This document shows positions 40,633 to 55,846 of a stretch of DNA of 64,000 nt, piece after piece. Every line of letters starts with the position of its first letter. Position 1 is the first letter of the stretch. Source of the stretch: an uncultured delta proteobacterium (lineage in GTDB: Bacteria; Desulfobacterota; Binatia; Binatales; Binataceae); contig CAVQEQ010000001.1 of assembly GCA_963711565.1 (NCBI GenBank), positions 352,001 through 416,000 on the forward strand, written 5' to 3'. The position numbers and the translations under genes were made by a program. A model generated the notes under the pieces. The model was not told the origin of the DNA, did not search any database, and saw only the letters and a program-made list of their open reading frames with translations.

Positions 40633-41908
40633 TGGCATCGCCGGCCGTCACATCATTCAGTCCGGTCCGCAACGTCTGCGACTACGAGCTGCTGTTCGAC
40701 TGCGTGCACTGCGGACTCTGCGCCGAGGCCTGTCCGACCTACATCGTGACGCGATGCGAGATGGACTCGCCGCGCGGCCGAATCTATCTGATGAAGTCGA
40801 TCGCCGAAGGCCGCATCGAGCTCGACGACGACGCCGCGCGCCACCTCGATTTGTGCCTCGGCTGCCGCGGATGCGAGACCGCCTGCCCTTCCGGCGTCCA
40901 CTATGGCCGCTTGATTGAAGGCGCGCGCTCATTCGTCGAGCGCAATCATCGCCGCAGTTTGGTCGATCGACTGAAGCGGCGCGCCGTCAGCGCGATTTTC
41001 CCCTACCCAAATCGTCTCCGCATGTTGCTCGCACCGTTGAAGCTCGTCGATCGCCTTGGTCTGACTGCCGCTCTGAGAACCATTGCGCCACGCACGATAC
41101 GCGACTGGCTCGATCTTCTTCCGTCGCTCGAAGGACGCGAACGCCCGCTCGCCAGCGAATCAACGGTCGCGCCACGCGCCGACGCACCCACAGTCGTCGT
41201 GCATCACGGATGCGTCGCGCAGGTGCTTGCGAATTCGGAAAACCTCAACAGCGAGCGCATTCTCGCCGCCGCCGGTTATCGCGTGGTCCAACTCGAACCG
41301 ACGGCATGCTGCGGTGCACTCGATCTGCATTCTGGGAACGCGGCGCGGGCGCGCGATTTCGCCCGTGCGAATGTTCGCGCGCTGAAGAAGTCTGGCGCCG
41401 ATGCGATCGTGTCGGCCGCATCTGGGTGCTCGGTCGCGATCGAGGAATACGCTGATCTTCTCAAAGACGAACCGGATTTCGTCGAAGACGCGCGCGCGAT
41501 TTCCTCGAGGGTCCGCGATTTGAGTTCCCTGCTGCTCGACGCGCCGGCAAATCCGAAACGCGAATTTCGAGGCCGTGTAACGTATCACGACGCTTGTCAC
41601 CTCGTGCACGGACTCGGCGTGCGCGACGCGCCGCGCAAGTTACTCGCTTCGATTCCGGGCGTGACGATCGTCGAGATGACCGAGTCCGACCTTTGTTGCG
41701 GCTCGGCCGGCTCTACAATTTGACCGAGCCTGCAATGGCGCGCGAACTGGCGCGGCGCAAAGCCGACAATATCGTCGCGACCGGCGCCGACTACGTCGTG
41801 CTTGCAAATCCCGGATGCGAGTTTCAGATCGCCGCTGAGCTTCGCCGGCGCGGTTCGAATATCAAGGTCGTTCACCTCGCCGACTTCCTCGCGATGGCAT
41901 CCCGGTGA
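40632..41908 (+). CDS. glcF: Glycolate oxidase iron-sulfur subunit, one frameshift near 41711
   Basis: CVHCGLCAEACP, CLGCRGCETACP, YHDACHL, CCGSAG; continues in another frame as YNLTEP...ANPGCEFQI. Confidence 0.88.
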
Positions 41909-42504
41909 CCCTTCACGAAATCAAACTTTACTTCGCATACACGAGTCCGTACTCGTACCTCGCGATGCAACCCGCCTACGACCTCGAACAGTCTCACAGC
42001 GTGCGCCTACGTTTCATCCCGTACGGCGTGAACATCAGAAAGGTTTATGGCCCGCTCGATCGCGAGGACGCCGACCGGCGCAAGGTCCGGTACCTGTATA
42101 TCGACGCGCGCCGAATCGCGAAGGAGCGCGGGCTCGTCATCTATCCGCCGAAAAAGATTTTCAGCGCGCGACTCGCGTTCTACGGCGGTCTTTACGCGGA
42201 GAGATATCGACTCTTCCGGCCTTACTCGAGTCGCGTGTTCGAGCGATTCTGGAAACAGGAACTCGATGTGGAAAGCCGCGACGCAATCGCGGCGATCGTT
42301 GCCGAAGTCGGTCTAGATCCCGCCGAATTTCTTCGCTACGCCGACACTGATGCGCGCGCCGACCTCGACGCATGCTTTGCCGAAGCCGATCGCGACAAGA
42401 TTTTCGGCGTGCCGACCTTTATCGTGGACGGCGAACCGTTTTGGGGCGAGGATCGAATCGAGTGGGTGATTCGCAAGCTCGACGCGATGGGCCTTCGCCG
42501 CTGA
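41905..42504 (+). CDS. DsbA-like / 2-hydroxychromene-2-carboxylate isomerase family protein
   Basis: SPYSYLA and IFGVPTFIVDGEPFWGEDRI. Confidence 0.88.
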   Translation: MTLHEIKLYFAYTSPYSYLAMQPAYDLEQSHSVRLRFIPYGVNIRKVYGPLDREDADRRKVRYLYIDARRIAKERGLVIYPPKKIFSARLAFYGGLYAERYRLFRPYSSRVFERFWKQELDVESRDAIAAIVAEVGLDPAEFLRYADTDARADLDACFAEADRDKIFGVPTFIVDGEPFWGEDRIEWVIRKLDAMGLRR

Positions 42505-42508
42505 CGCT

Positions 42509-43117
42509 TCAGCGCTTGGTGATCGGAATGTGCCGAGGCTGCGATTTCACACGCTCGAGCCAAGCGCGAATCGCCGGATAGCCTGCCAAATCGAACCCAC
42601 CTTCATCCGCGACATGCGTGTAGGCATAGAGCGCGATGTCGGCGACGGAGTAACGTTCGCCGACGAACCACTCGCGCGCCTTCAGATGGTCTTCCATCAC
42701 GCCGAGCGCGTCGTAACCTCGCGGCCGCATCATCGTGTCCAGAATAGTGCGGCGCGGATCGGAAACATCGCGGTGAATCACCAGGTAGCGAACGCTCGCG
42801 ATATACGGCTCGTGGCTGTACTGCTCGAAGAACAACCACTGAAGAACCTGCGCGCGCTGGAAACGATCGGCCGGCATGAAGGACGTGCCTTCCGCAAAGT
42901 ACGAGATGATCGCGTTCGACTCGAACAGCAGTTTGCCGTCGTCGAATTCGATGGCAGGGATGCGGCCGTTCGGAAATTTGCGGAGAAATTCCGGCGTGCG
43001 CGTTTCGCCCTTGATGATGTTGATTTCGATTCGCTCGAAGGGAATTGCAAGCTGCGTCAGCAGCAGGCGAACCTTGTAGCCGTTGCCCGATGGCAGATAG
43101 TCGTACAGGCGAATCAT
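42509..43117 (-). CDS. Glutathione S-transferase family protein
   Basis: SGNGYKVRLLL, ESNAI, WLFFEQYSHEP, ADIALYAYTH. Confidence 0.92.
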   Translation of the reverse strand: MIRLYDYLPSGNGYKVRLLLTQLAIPFERIEINIIKGETRTPEFLRKFPNGRIPAIEFDDGKLLFESNAIISYFAEGTSFMPADRFQRAQVLQWLFFEQYSHEPYIASVRYLVIHRDVSDPRRTILDTMMRPRGYDALGVMEDHLKAREWFVGERYSVADIALYAYTHVADEGGFDLAGYPAIRAWLERVKSQPRHIPITKR

Positions 43118-43146
43118 CGTCGCCTCCTCTCACAGTTATGCAAAGA

Positions 43147-44592
43147 TCAGAGTTCGGGACTCGACGGCAGGAAGGTCTCGCCCATCAGGTACGCGTCAAC
43201 CGCGCGCGCGGCTTCGCGCCCTTCCCATATCGCCCACACCACCAGCGATTGTCCGCGACGGGTGTCTCCGGCCGCGAAGACCCCCGGCACACTCGACATG
43301 TAGTTCTCACATTGCACGTTGCTCCGCGGGTCGAGCTTGAGGCCGAGCTCCGAGATTATGCCGTCGGGCTCGGGGCCGAGAAATCCGAGCGCGAGCAGCA
43401 CCAGGTCGCACTCAATCTCGAAGTCGGTGCCCGGAATCTGCTCCATCACCATCCGCCCGTTGTCGTTCTTCCAGTTGAGCCGCAGCCCATGAAGTTTTTT
43501 CACCGCGCCGTTCTCGCCGGTGAACCTGCTCGTGTTCACACTCCAGTCGCGCTGCACGCCCTCTTCGTGCGAGCTCGAGGTGCGCATGATCATCGGCCAT
43601 TCGGGCCATGGCATTTCGTCGGTACGCTTGTCCGGCGGCATCGGCAGCAGCTCGAACTGATGCACGACGATCGCGCCCTGGCGATTCGAGGTGCCCAGGC
43701 AATCGGAACCGGTATCGCCCCCGCCTAGAATTACCACCCGCTTTCCGTTCGCGGTAATCCCGGCGGCCGGATCGAGCGCATCGCCGAAGTTGCGCTTGTT
43801 TTGCTGCGGCAGGAATTCCATCGCGAAATGAATTCCCTTGAGATCGCGTCCCGGGATCGGCAGGTCGCGCGGCTTGGTCGCGCCCATCGTCAGCACGATC
43901 GCGTCGTACTTCGATCGCATCTCGTCGGCGTGAATGTCGACGCCGACGCGGCAGTTGGTGACGATCTCAAGGCCCTCGGCCGTCATCTGCTCGACGCGGC
44001 GGTTGACGATCCATTTTTCCAGCTTGAAGTCCGGGATGCCGTAGGTGAGCAATCCGCCTACGCGATCCGAGCGTTCGTAGAGCGTCACCGCATGTCCCGC
44101 GCGAGTGAGTTGCTGCGCACACGCCAGCCCGGCCGGCCCTGAGCCGACGACCGCGACGTGCTTGCCCGATTTGCGCGCGGCCGGCAGCGGCGCGATCCAT
44201 TTTTCCGCCCACGCGTGATCGATGATGTTCTTCTCGATCAGTTTGATCGTGACGGGATCGTTGTTGATGTTGAGTACGCAGGCTTCCTCGCACGGCGCGG
44301 GACAAATCCTGCCGGTGAACTCAGGAAAATTGTTGGTCGCGTGCAGCCGGTCGATCGCCTCGCGCCACCTGCCGCGGTAGATGAGATCGTTCCAATCCGG
44401 GATGATGTTGCCGAGCGGGCAACCCTTGTGGCAGAAGGGAATTCCGCAATCCATGCAGCGGGCGCCCTGCGCGCGCAGCTTGTCTTCGGGCATCTTGAGA
44501 TCGAATTCGCGCCAATCCTTCAGGCGTTCGCCGACCGGACGCCGCGAAGGAGTCTCGCGCTGAATCTCCATGAAGCCCGTGATCTTTCCCAT
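43147..44592 (-). CDS. gltD: Glutamate synthase small subunit
   Basis: RCMDCGIPFC, NNFPEFTGRICPAPCE, GSGPAG, GGGDTGSDC. Confidence 0.97.
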   Translation of the reverse strand: MGKITGFMEIQRETPSRRPVGERLKDWREFDLKMPEDKLRAQGARCMDCGIPFCHKGCPLGNIIPDWNDLIYRGRWREAIDRLHATNNFPEFTGRICPAPCEEACVLNINNDPVTIKLIEKNIIDHAWAEKWIAPLPAARKSGKHVAVVGSGPAGLACAQQLTRAGHAVTLYERSDRVGGLLTYGIPDFKLEKWIVNRRVEQMTAEGLEIVTNCRVGVDIHADEMRSKYDAIVLTMGATKPRDLPIPGRDLKGIHFAMEFLPQQNKRNFGDALDPAAGITANGKRVVILGGGDTGSDCLGTSNRQGAIVVHQFELLPMPPDKRTDEMPWPEWPMIMRTSSSHEEGVQRDWSVNTSRFTGENGAVKKLHGLRLNWKNDNGRMVMEQIPGTDFEIECDLVLLALGFLGPEPDGIISELGLKLDPRSNVQCENYMSSVPGVFAAGDTRRGQSLVVWAIWEGREAARAVDAYLMGETFLPSSPEL

Positions 44593-44644
44593 CGAAACCG
44601 CGATCTCCAGTCAATCCTGATTAGTCAGTCGATTACTCACTCGG

Positions 44645-49200
<4,556 letters not shown>

Positions 49201-49204
<4 letters not shown>

Positions 49205-49764
49205 GACACCCGCCTTGGATCCGGGGGCACAGATTTCGCGGCGGCGTGACGATGGCGCCGGCCGTTGGTCGGCTCGCTCGTGTCGCCATTGGTGTGCGGC
49301 GAAATCAAGCCGCGCTCGGTATGCGTCGACAGCACCACCATCGTCTCCGTCCGCGCCACTCCCTCGATCGAGCGGATCGCACTGATGAGCCGCTCGAGCG
49401 ACGAAGTGTTCTCGGTTTTGACTTTCATCATCAGAGTGTGCTGACCGGTCACGTGATGGCATTCGAGCACGTCGTCAAGCAGTGCGACGGATTCCTCGAA
49501 CAGCGAAATTGTTTTCGGATGCGCAATCGACACGCCGATGAACGCGGTGACGTCCTTGCCGAGACGCGTCGCATCGACGGTCGCGTGATAGCCGATGATG
49601 ACGCCGCCGTCTTCGAGTTTCTTGACGCGCTCGTTGACCGAAGGCGCCGAGAGCCCGACCTGCTCTCCGAGCTTGACGAGCGGAATCCTGCCGTGTTCCT
49701 GCAGCAGGCCGATAATCTGCAGGTCAATAGCATCGAGTTCGGGGGAATCTCCGCCGAATTTCAT
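49201..49764 (-). CDS. Lrp/AsnC family transcriptional regulator
   Basis: [39 protein letters not shown]. Confidence 0.95.
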
Positions 49765-49790
49765 AAGGTTATCCTCGTCGCGAGTCGATG

Positions 49791-49819
49791 AACTTAGAAG
49801 GACTGCAAAGTTGTGTCAA
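49791..49819 (-). promoter_or_regulatory. Sigma70 promoter of lrp-gltBD
   Basis: Minus strand TTGACA, 17-nt spacer, TAAGTT. Confidence 0.7.
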
Positions 49820-50083
49820 GTGTTTATAAGGTGCGAAAAGAATAGAACATTGGTTTGATAAGGTCAAGGGGGCGTATGCCGACGAAATTTAGGTTAAATT
49901 CGGTAGCGCAATCATATTTACTGGGCGTCTGCGCGATGTAAGCCTAACTACTTAGGCAATACGGCAGTTTCACCGAAACTGATGCTCGAGCCGCATTGTT
50001 CGCCTGAGCGCTCGCAGGTCGACTCCGATCCGCTTGCACGATTAAATTATCGGTCACTTGCCGCTTCGAAAGTGTGCACAATC

Positions 50084-51190
50084 ATGGCGCGTTTCATTCC
50101 TGGCCTTGAGCTTAACCGGATGTACTATCGCGAGGCGGTCGCGCCGATCCTCGCGGCAGAATCTCCGCGGCTGAAATATTCGGCTGCGCTAATCGGATAC
50201 GGCTCCGACGTTCTGGGCTACGACTCGGAACGATCGACCGATCATGAATGGGGTCCGCGCCTCCTGCTCTTCCTTCCCGACGAGGACCACGATGCGCTCG
50301 CGCCTCAACTCAACGGCGCGTTGGCGAAGCAACTGCCGACAACGTTTCATGGCTACTCGACGAGCTTCGCCAAGGCCGACGAGAACGGCGTGCGCTGGAT
50401 GGTACCCGGCGAGCCGGGCCATATCGATCACCATGTGTATACTCACACGGTTTCCGGCTTCGTTCGCGCGATGCTCAATATCGAGCCCGGACAAAGGCTC
50501 GATTCCGTCAACTGGCTGTTGATGTCGCAGCAGAAACTGCTCGAAATCACCAGCGGCGAGGTCTTCCACGACGGACTTGGCGAACTCGTTCCGCTGCGCG
50601 AGAAGCTCGCCTGGTATCCGCGTGATGTCTGGCTATTCATGATGGCGGCGGGCTGGTACCGAATCGCGCAGGATGAGCATTTCGTGGGCCGCTGCGGCGA
50701 AGAGGGTGAGGACCTCGGCTCGAGGCTCGTCTGCGGACGGCTGGTGCGCGACCTGATGCGCTTGTGCCTCCTGATGGAGCGCCGCTATGCACCGTACAGC
50801 AAGTGGCTGGGCACCGCGTTTTCGCGCCTCGCGTACGCGACCGAACTCAGCCCGCTCCTCCGCGCCGCGATGGCTGCAACTTCCTGGCAGGATCGCGAAC
50901 AACATCTGTGCGCCGCGTACGAGGCCGTCGCGCGGATGCATAACGCGCTCGGAGTCACCGGATCGCTTGAGACCTCGATAATGCAATTTCACGGGCGCCC
51001 CTACCACGTGCTCGGCGCGGGACGATATGCGAAGGCGGTCAGCGACGCGATCGCCGACGACGAATTGAAAAACATTTACATCGCCGCGAACGGAATTGGT
51101 GCGGTCGATCAGTTCGTCGATAGCACCAACCTTTTGGGGCGCGCGGACTTATGCATGCGCCTGCGCGTCCTGTTCAAGCCGGCAACCTGA
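50084..51190 (+). CDS. DUF4037-type (nucleotidyltransferase-like) protein
   Basis: GYGSDVLGYD..STDHEWGPR, GEVFHDGLG, WYPRDVW, YAPYSKWLG. Confidence 0.8.
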   Translation: MARFIPGLELNRMYYREAVAPILAAESPRLKYSAALIGYGSDVLGYDSERSTDHEWGPRLLLFLPDEDHDALAPQLNGALAKQLPTTFHGYSTSFAKADENGVRWMVPGEPGHIDHHVYTHTVSGFVRAMLNIEPGQRLDSVNWLLMSQQKLLEITSGEVFHDGLGELVPLREKLAWYPRDVWLFMMAAGWYRIAQDEHFVGRCGEEGEDLGSRLVCGRLVRDLMRLCLLMERRYAPYSKWLGTAFSRLAYATELSPLLRAAMAATSWQDREQHLCAAYEAVARMHNALGVTGSLETSIMQFHGRPYHVLGAGRYAKAVSDAIADDELKNIYIAANGIGAVDQFVDSTNLLGRADLCMRLRVLFKPAT

Positions 51191-51293
51191 ACATCCTGAG
51201 CTTCAATCAGTTGGCAGCAAGGAACCTTCATCGCGCGACGACCGCCTGCTTGTCCGAGATTGCGGGCTCACGGTAAGCTTGACGTTCGCACTC

Positions 51294-52720
51294 GTGAAAC
51301 CGTTCTACATTTTCAATTCGCTGAACCGCGCGGTCGAAGAGTTCCAGCCGCTCGATCCGCCTGAGGTGACGCTGTATTCATGCGGGCCGACGGTCTATCT
51401 GCCGCAACACCTCGGCAACTTGCGCGCGTACGTGTTCGTCAACAGCCTGCGCCGGGCACTCGAGTTCAACGGCTACAAAGTGCGACACGTGATGAACGTG
51501 ACGGACGTCGGGCACATGACTGGCAACGTTGACGACGGCGAGGACAAAGTCGAGAAAACCGCACGCGCGCAGGGTAAATCGCCACTCGAAGTCGCGAACT
51601 ACTACCTCGAGCAGTTCCAGCGCGATTGCGCGGCGCTCCATCTCGAGCCGCCGAATGTGTGGTCGCGCGCGACCGATCATATCGGCGATATGATCGCGCT
51701 TACGAAAAGGATCATCGACGCTGGAGTCGCGTACGTCACCAGGAGCGGCGTGTACTTCAACGTTGAGAAATATCGCGGTGAGAATCGTCTCGGCCGCCTA
51801 TCGCGCCAGAGCCTCGACGAGCAGAACGCCGCGCAGCGCCTCGAGCATTCTGCCGACAAGCATAGCCCGCACGATTTCACGCTGTGGGTGCTCGGCCAGC
51901 CCGATCATTTGATGCAATGGGACAGCCCGTGGGGACGCGGTTATCCGGGATGGCATATCGAGTGTTCCGCGATGGCGATGAAGTACCTCGGCGACACCAT
52001 CGATATCCACACCGGCGGCATCGATCACATCCCGGTGCATCACGAGAACGAAATTGCGCAATCGGAAAGCGCGACCCACAAGCCGTTCGCGCGGTATTTC
52101 GTACACAACGCGTTCCTGGTCGGCAAGGAGGGAACCAAGATCAGCAAGAGCGCGGGCAAGTTCCCGCTGCTGAGCGATCTCGGCAGGCGGGAATCGACCC
52201 GCTGGCCTTCCGGATTTTCTGTTACGGCGCAAAATACCGCTCCGAGATTGCGTTCAACGATGACGCGATCCGCGCGTCGCAGAGCAATCTGGATTATTTT
52301 CGCGAGTTCGCGCGCAGCGTGCCGGACGACGCGGCAGCCGACGGCGTCGAGGCGGCGGGCTGGGCGGCGGAGTACTACGAGCGCTTTCACGACGCAATCA
52401 ACAACGATTTGAACACGCCGCAGGCGATTGCAGCGGCTCTGGAACTAATCGCGGAAGCGTACCGGCGCAAGGATTTCCGCGCATGGCCGACGTTGCGAGC
52501 GCTCGACGCGGTGCTCGGACTTGATTTGCAAAAACATCGCGCGTCGGCGCGCATGAGTTCGATCGAAGCCGACGTGCAGCAATTGATCGACAATCGGGCG
52601 GCGGCCCGCAAGGCAAAGGACTTCACGCTCGCCGATGAGCTGCGCAAGGAAATCGAGCGCCGCGGCTACGAGGTCAAGGACCATCGCGACGGCACGGCTA
52701 GCTATCAACGCCGCGCCTGA
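51294..52720 (+). CDS. cysS: Cysteine--tRNA ligase, one frameshift near 52181
   Basis: [39 protein letters not shown]; continues in another frame as GIDPLAFR...NDLNTPQA. Confidence 0.92.
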
Positions 52721-52809
52721 CGCTTTTCGGCTCGCAGATTTGCCTTGAATGGTTGCGCGGAAGTCTCTTAGAATCGCGGCTTGACGAATCGGATCGCCAG
52801 AAGGAAACG

Positions 52810-53676
52810 ATGGGGATTGAGTTAAAAAAATTCGACACCAGGCTGCAGGCCGAAGGACCCGAGGTTAAACATCTCGATCCAGCCGCAGCGCCGTTTTACC
52901 TGCCGATTGGCGACGAAGTGGAAATCTTCACCGCCGCCTACAAGGCGCGCCTGCCCTTGCTACTCAAGGGGCCGACGGGATGCGGCAAGACGCGCTTCGT
53001 CGAGCACATGGCGCATCAACTGTCGTCGCTCGCCAACGGCCCCAACGAACTGATCACTGTTGCGTGCCATGAAGATCTTACCGGCAGCGATCTCGTCGGC
53101 CGCTTTCTGATTCAGGCCGACGAGACGGTGTGGGTTGACGGTCCGCTGACGCAGGCGGTACGGCGCGGCGCGATTTGCTATCTCGACGAAGTGGTCGAGG
53201 CGCGCAAGGACACGACGGTGCTGATTCATCCGCTGTCGGATCATCGCCGGATTCTGCCGATCGAAAAGCGTGGCGAGACGATCGAGGCGCACGAGGGATT
53301 TCTGCTGGTGATTTCGTACAATCCCGGCTACCAGAGCATCCAGAAAAATTTGAAACACTCGACGCGCCAGCGCTTCGTGACGATCGAGTTCACCTATCCC
53401 CCCGCCGACAAGGAAGTCGAGATTATCGCGCACGAGGCGGGCGTCGAGCAGGATATCGCGCTGCAACTCGCGGTGCTGGGCGAGAAGGTGCGCCATCTTA
53501 AGGCGTCGGGATTGGAAGAAGGCGTCTCGACGCGCCTGCTGATTTACGCCGGCGAACTGATCCGACAGGGAATTGCGCCACGGCGGGCGGCGACAGTCGC
53601 GGTCACGTGGTCGCTGACCGACGAAGCGGACAGCAAGCGCGCGATCGACGAAGTGGTGAAAGCGATCTTTCCATAA
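52810..53676 (+). CDS. CbbQ/NirQ/NorQ family AAA+ ATPase
   Basis: [56 protein letters not shown]. Confidence 0.93.
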   Translation: MGIELKKFDTRLQAEGPEVKHLDPAAAPFYLPIGDEVEIFTAAYKARLPLLLKGPTGCGKTRFVEHMAHQLSSLANGPNELITVACHEDLTGSDLVGRFLIQADETVWVDGPLTQAVRRGAICYLDEVVEARKDTTVLIHPLSDHRRILPIEKRGETIEAHEGFLLVISYNPGYQSIQKNLKHSTRQRFVTIEFTYPPADKEVEIIAHEAGVEQDIALQLAVLGEKVRHLKASGLEEGVSTRLLIYAGELIRQGIAPRRAATVAVTWSLTDEADSKRAIDEVVKAIFP

Positions 53677-53736
53677 GTTGCGGCAAGATTCGTGAAGCGA
53701 CGCGAATAACACCTACAATTCAGCGAGGTCGCGTAA

Positions 53737-54774
53737 ATGAGAGTCTTCGCAAACTTCAAAGTGATTCTGGCTTCGACGGCGGCGCTCTCGATGCTCGCCG
53801 TCGGTTCCTCCGCAATGGCGCAGGACTTGACCACTGGGGTTCAGGCGCAATCGGGGCCGCGGCTGGATTTCCCGGCGGGACTCGCGACTGACGGCCGCGC
53901 GATTTACGTTGCGAACAGCCGCAACAATACGGTCGAGGCCATCGACGCGGCGACCCGCTCTCTGCGAATCGTCGCCGGCAAGCTTTTCCAGGAGGGCAGC
54001 AACGACGGCACCGGCGATTCGGCCCGCTTCAACAGCCCCGATGGCATGACGATCGTCGGACAGAATCTCTATCTCTGCGACACCAACAATTCCGACATTC
54101 GCCAAATCAGTATCAGCGGCACCGTCACCACCGTTGCGGGACAGGCGAATATCTCGGGCAGTGACGACGGCAGCGGCCCCAGCGCGCACTTCAACCTGCC
54201 CACCCAGATCGCCACCGACGGCACCTCACTCTACGTCGCTGACAGCGGCAACAGCACCGTCCGGCGCATCACGCTCGCCGATTTCAAGGTCAAGACGATC
54301 GGGGGACAGGCGGGCACGTCGGGCAAGACCGAAGGCGGCCCGGACAAGTCCGTGTTCAGCGGCCCGCGCGGAGTCGCGGTCGACAAGAAAGCGATCTATG
54401 TCGCGGATACTGGCAACGATGTGATCCGCATGATCGATCTCAACACGCTCGAGACCAGCACGCTCGCGGGCACCGGCGAGGAAGGTGATAAGGACGGCGC
54501 CGCGGCGCAGGCGCAGTTCAACAACCCCGGCGCGATATGCACCGACGGCACGTTTCTGTACGTGCTCGACGCTGACAATCATTCAATCCGCAAGATCGAT
54601 CTCAACGCCAAAACCGTCACCAAGCTGACGCTCGTCAACGGCCATATCGGCTCGGGATGCGCGCTCACCAGCGACGGCAAGCAGCTCTATTTTTCCGACA
54701 CCACCGAAAACGCGGTCGAAGTCGTCGATACGACCAGCGGCAACTTCACCACGCTCTATCCGCCGGGGCAGTAG
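53737..54774 (+). CDS. Secreted NHL-repeat beta-propeller protein
   Basis: Signal peptide; repeated FN.P..I.TDG..LYVAD..N..IR.I units. Confidence 0.88.
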   Translation: MRVFANFKVILASTAALSMLAVGSSAMAQDLTTGVQAQSGPRLDFPAGLATDGRAIYVANSRNNTVEAIDAATRSLRIVAGKLFQEGSNDGTGDSARFNSPDGMTIVGQNLYLCDTNNSDIRQISISGTVTTVAGQANISGSDDGSGPSAHFNLPTQIATDGTSLYVADSGNSTVRRITLADFKVKTIGGQAGTSGKTEGGPDKSVFSGPRGVAVDKKAIYVADTGNDVIRMIDLNTLETSTLAGTGEEGDKDGAAAQAQFNNPGAICTDGTFLYVLDADNHSIRKIDLNAKTVTKLTLVNGHIGSGCALTSDGKQLYFSDTTENAVEVVDTTSGNFTTLYPPGQ

Positions 54775-54799
54775 GCCTCGCGCGAACGGGCATCGCGTC

Positions 54800-55846
54800 T
54801 TGATCGATCTGCGCAGCGACACCGTAACGTTGCCGACGCCCGAAATGCGCGAGGCGATCGCGCGCGCCGAGCTGGGTGACGACGTTTACGGCGAAGACCC
54901 GAGCGTGAACCGGCTCGAGGCGATGGCGGCGTCGGTCATGGGCAAGGACGCGGCGCTGCTGGTGCCGAGCGGCACGATGGGCAACCTCGCGGCGATGCTG
55001 ACGCATTGCGCGCGCGGCACCAAGGCGATCGTGGGATCGCAGTCGCACACCAATCTTTACGAGGCTGGCGGCGCATCGGCTCTGGGAGGCATCGTGCTCA
55101 CGGCGATTGCCAACACCGACGACGGTGAACTCGACACGGACGACCTCGCGCGCGAGCTCGGGACGCCCGCCGACGATCATTTCGCGCAGCCGTCGCTGGT
55201 GGTTATCGAGAATACGCACAATCGATGCGGCGGCGCGCCGATCAAGCTCTCGCACATGGCGGAGGTTTCCGCGGCGGCGCGACGCAGAAAAATTCCGCTG
55301 CATCTCGACGGCGCGCGAATCTTCAACGCGGCAGTCGCACTCGAGACGACCGCGAAGGAAATCGCGAGGCACGCCGATACCGTGTCGTTCTGCCTGTCGA
55401 AAGGACTCGGATGCCCGGTCGGCTCGCTTCTGTGCGGAAGCCGCGAATTTATCGCGCGCGCGCTTCGGACGCGCAAAGTACTCGGCGGTGGAATGCGGCA
55501 GGCGGGAATAATCGCGGCGGCGGGAATCGTCGCGCTGACCACGATGGTCGATCGCCTGGCCGAGGATCATCAGAACGCGCGCGCGCTGGCACAGGGACTC
55601 GCGCTGGTCGCAGGACTGAACGTGCGGCCGGTCGCGAATCGCACCAACATGGTCGTGTTCGACGTCGACGGCGACGCGGAAGCGTCGCGGCGTTTCGCAG
55701 CGGCGATGAAGGAACGGGACGTGCTGATTTCACCGCGCGAGGCGACCTCGTTCCGCGCCGTGACCCATCATGGAATTTCGCGCGCCGACATCGACCGGGC
55801 AGTCGCAGCCGCTGCACAAGCCGCCGGCGAAGTTTTCGGCGACTGA
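54800..55846 (+). CDS. ltaE: Low-specificity L-threonine aldolase
   Basis: IDLRSDTVT, GDDVYGEDP, HLDGARIFNA, CLSKGLG.PVGS. Confidence 0.94.
   Translation: MIDLRSDTVTLPTPEMREAIARAELGDDVYGEDPSVNRLEAMAASVMGKDAALLVPSGTMGNLAAMLTHCARGTKAIVGSQSHTNLYEAGGASALGGIVLTAIANTDDGELDTDDLARELGTPADDHFAQPSLVVIENTHNRCGGAPIKLSHMAEVSAAARRRKIPLHLDGARIFNAAVALETTAKEIARHADTVSFCLSKGLGCPVGSLLCGSREFIARALRTRKVLGGGMRQAGIIAAAGIVALTTMVDRLAEDHQNARALAQGLALVAGLNVRPVANRTNMVVFDVDGDAEASRRFAAAMKERDVLISPREATSFRAVTHHGISRADIDRAVAAAAQAAGEVFGD

Noticed and set aside
53850-54760. Repetitive DNA that might be an array
   Set aside because: Explained by NHL protein repeats; no CRISPR-like repeat-spacer structure was seen anywhere in the window.
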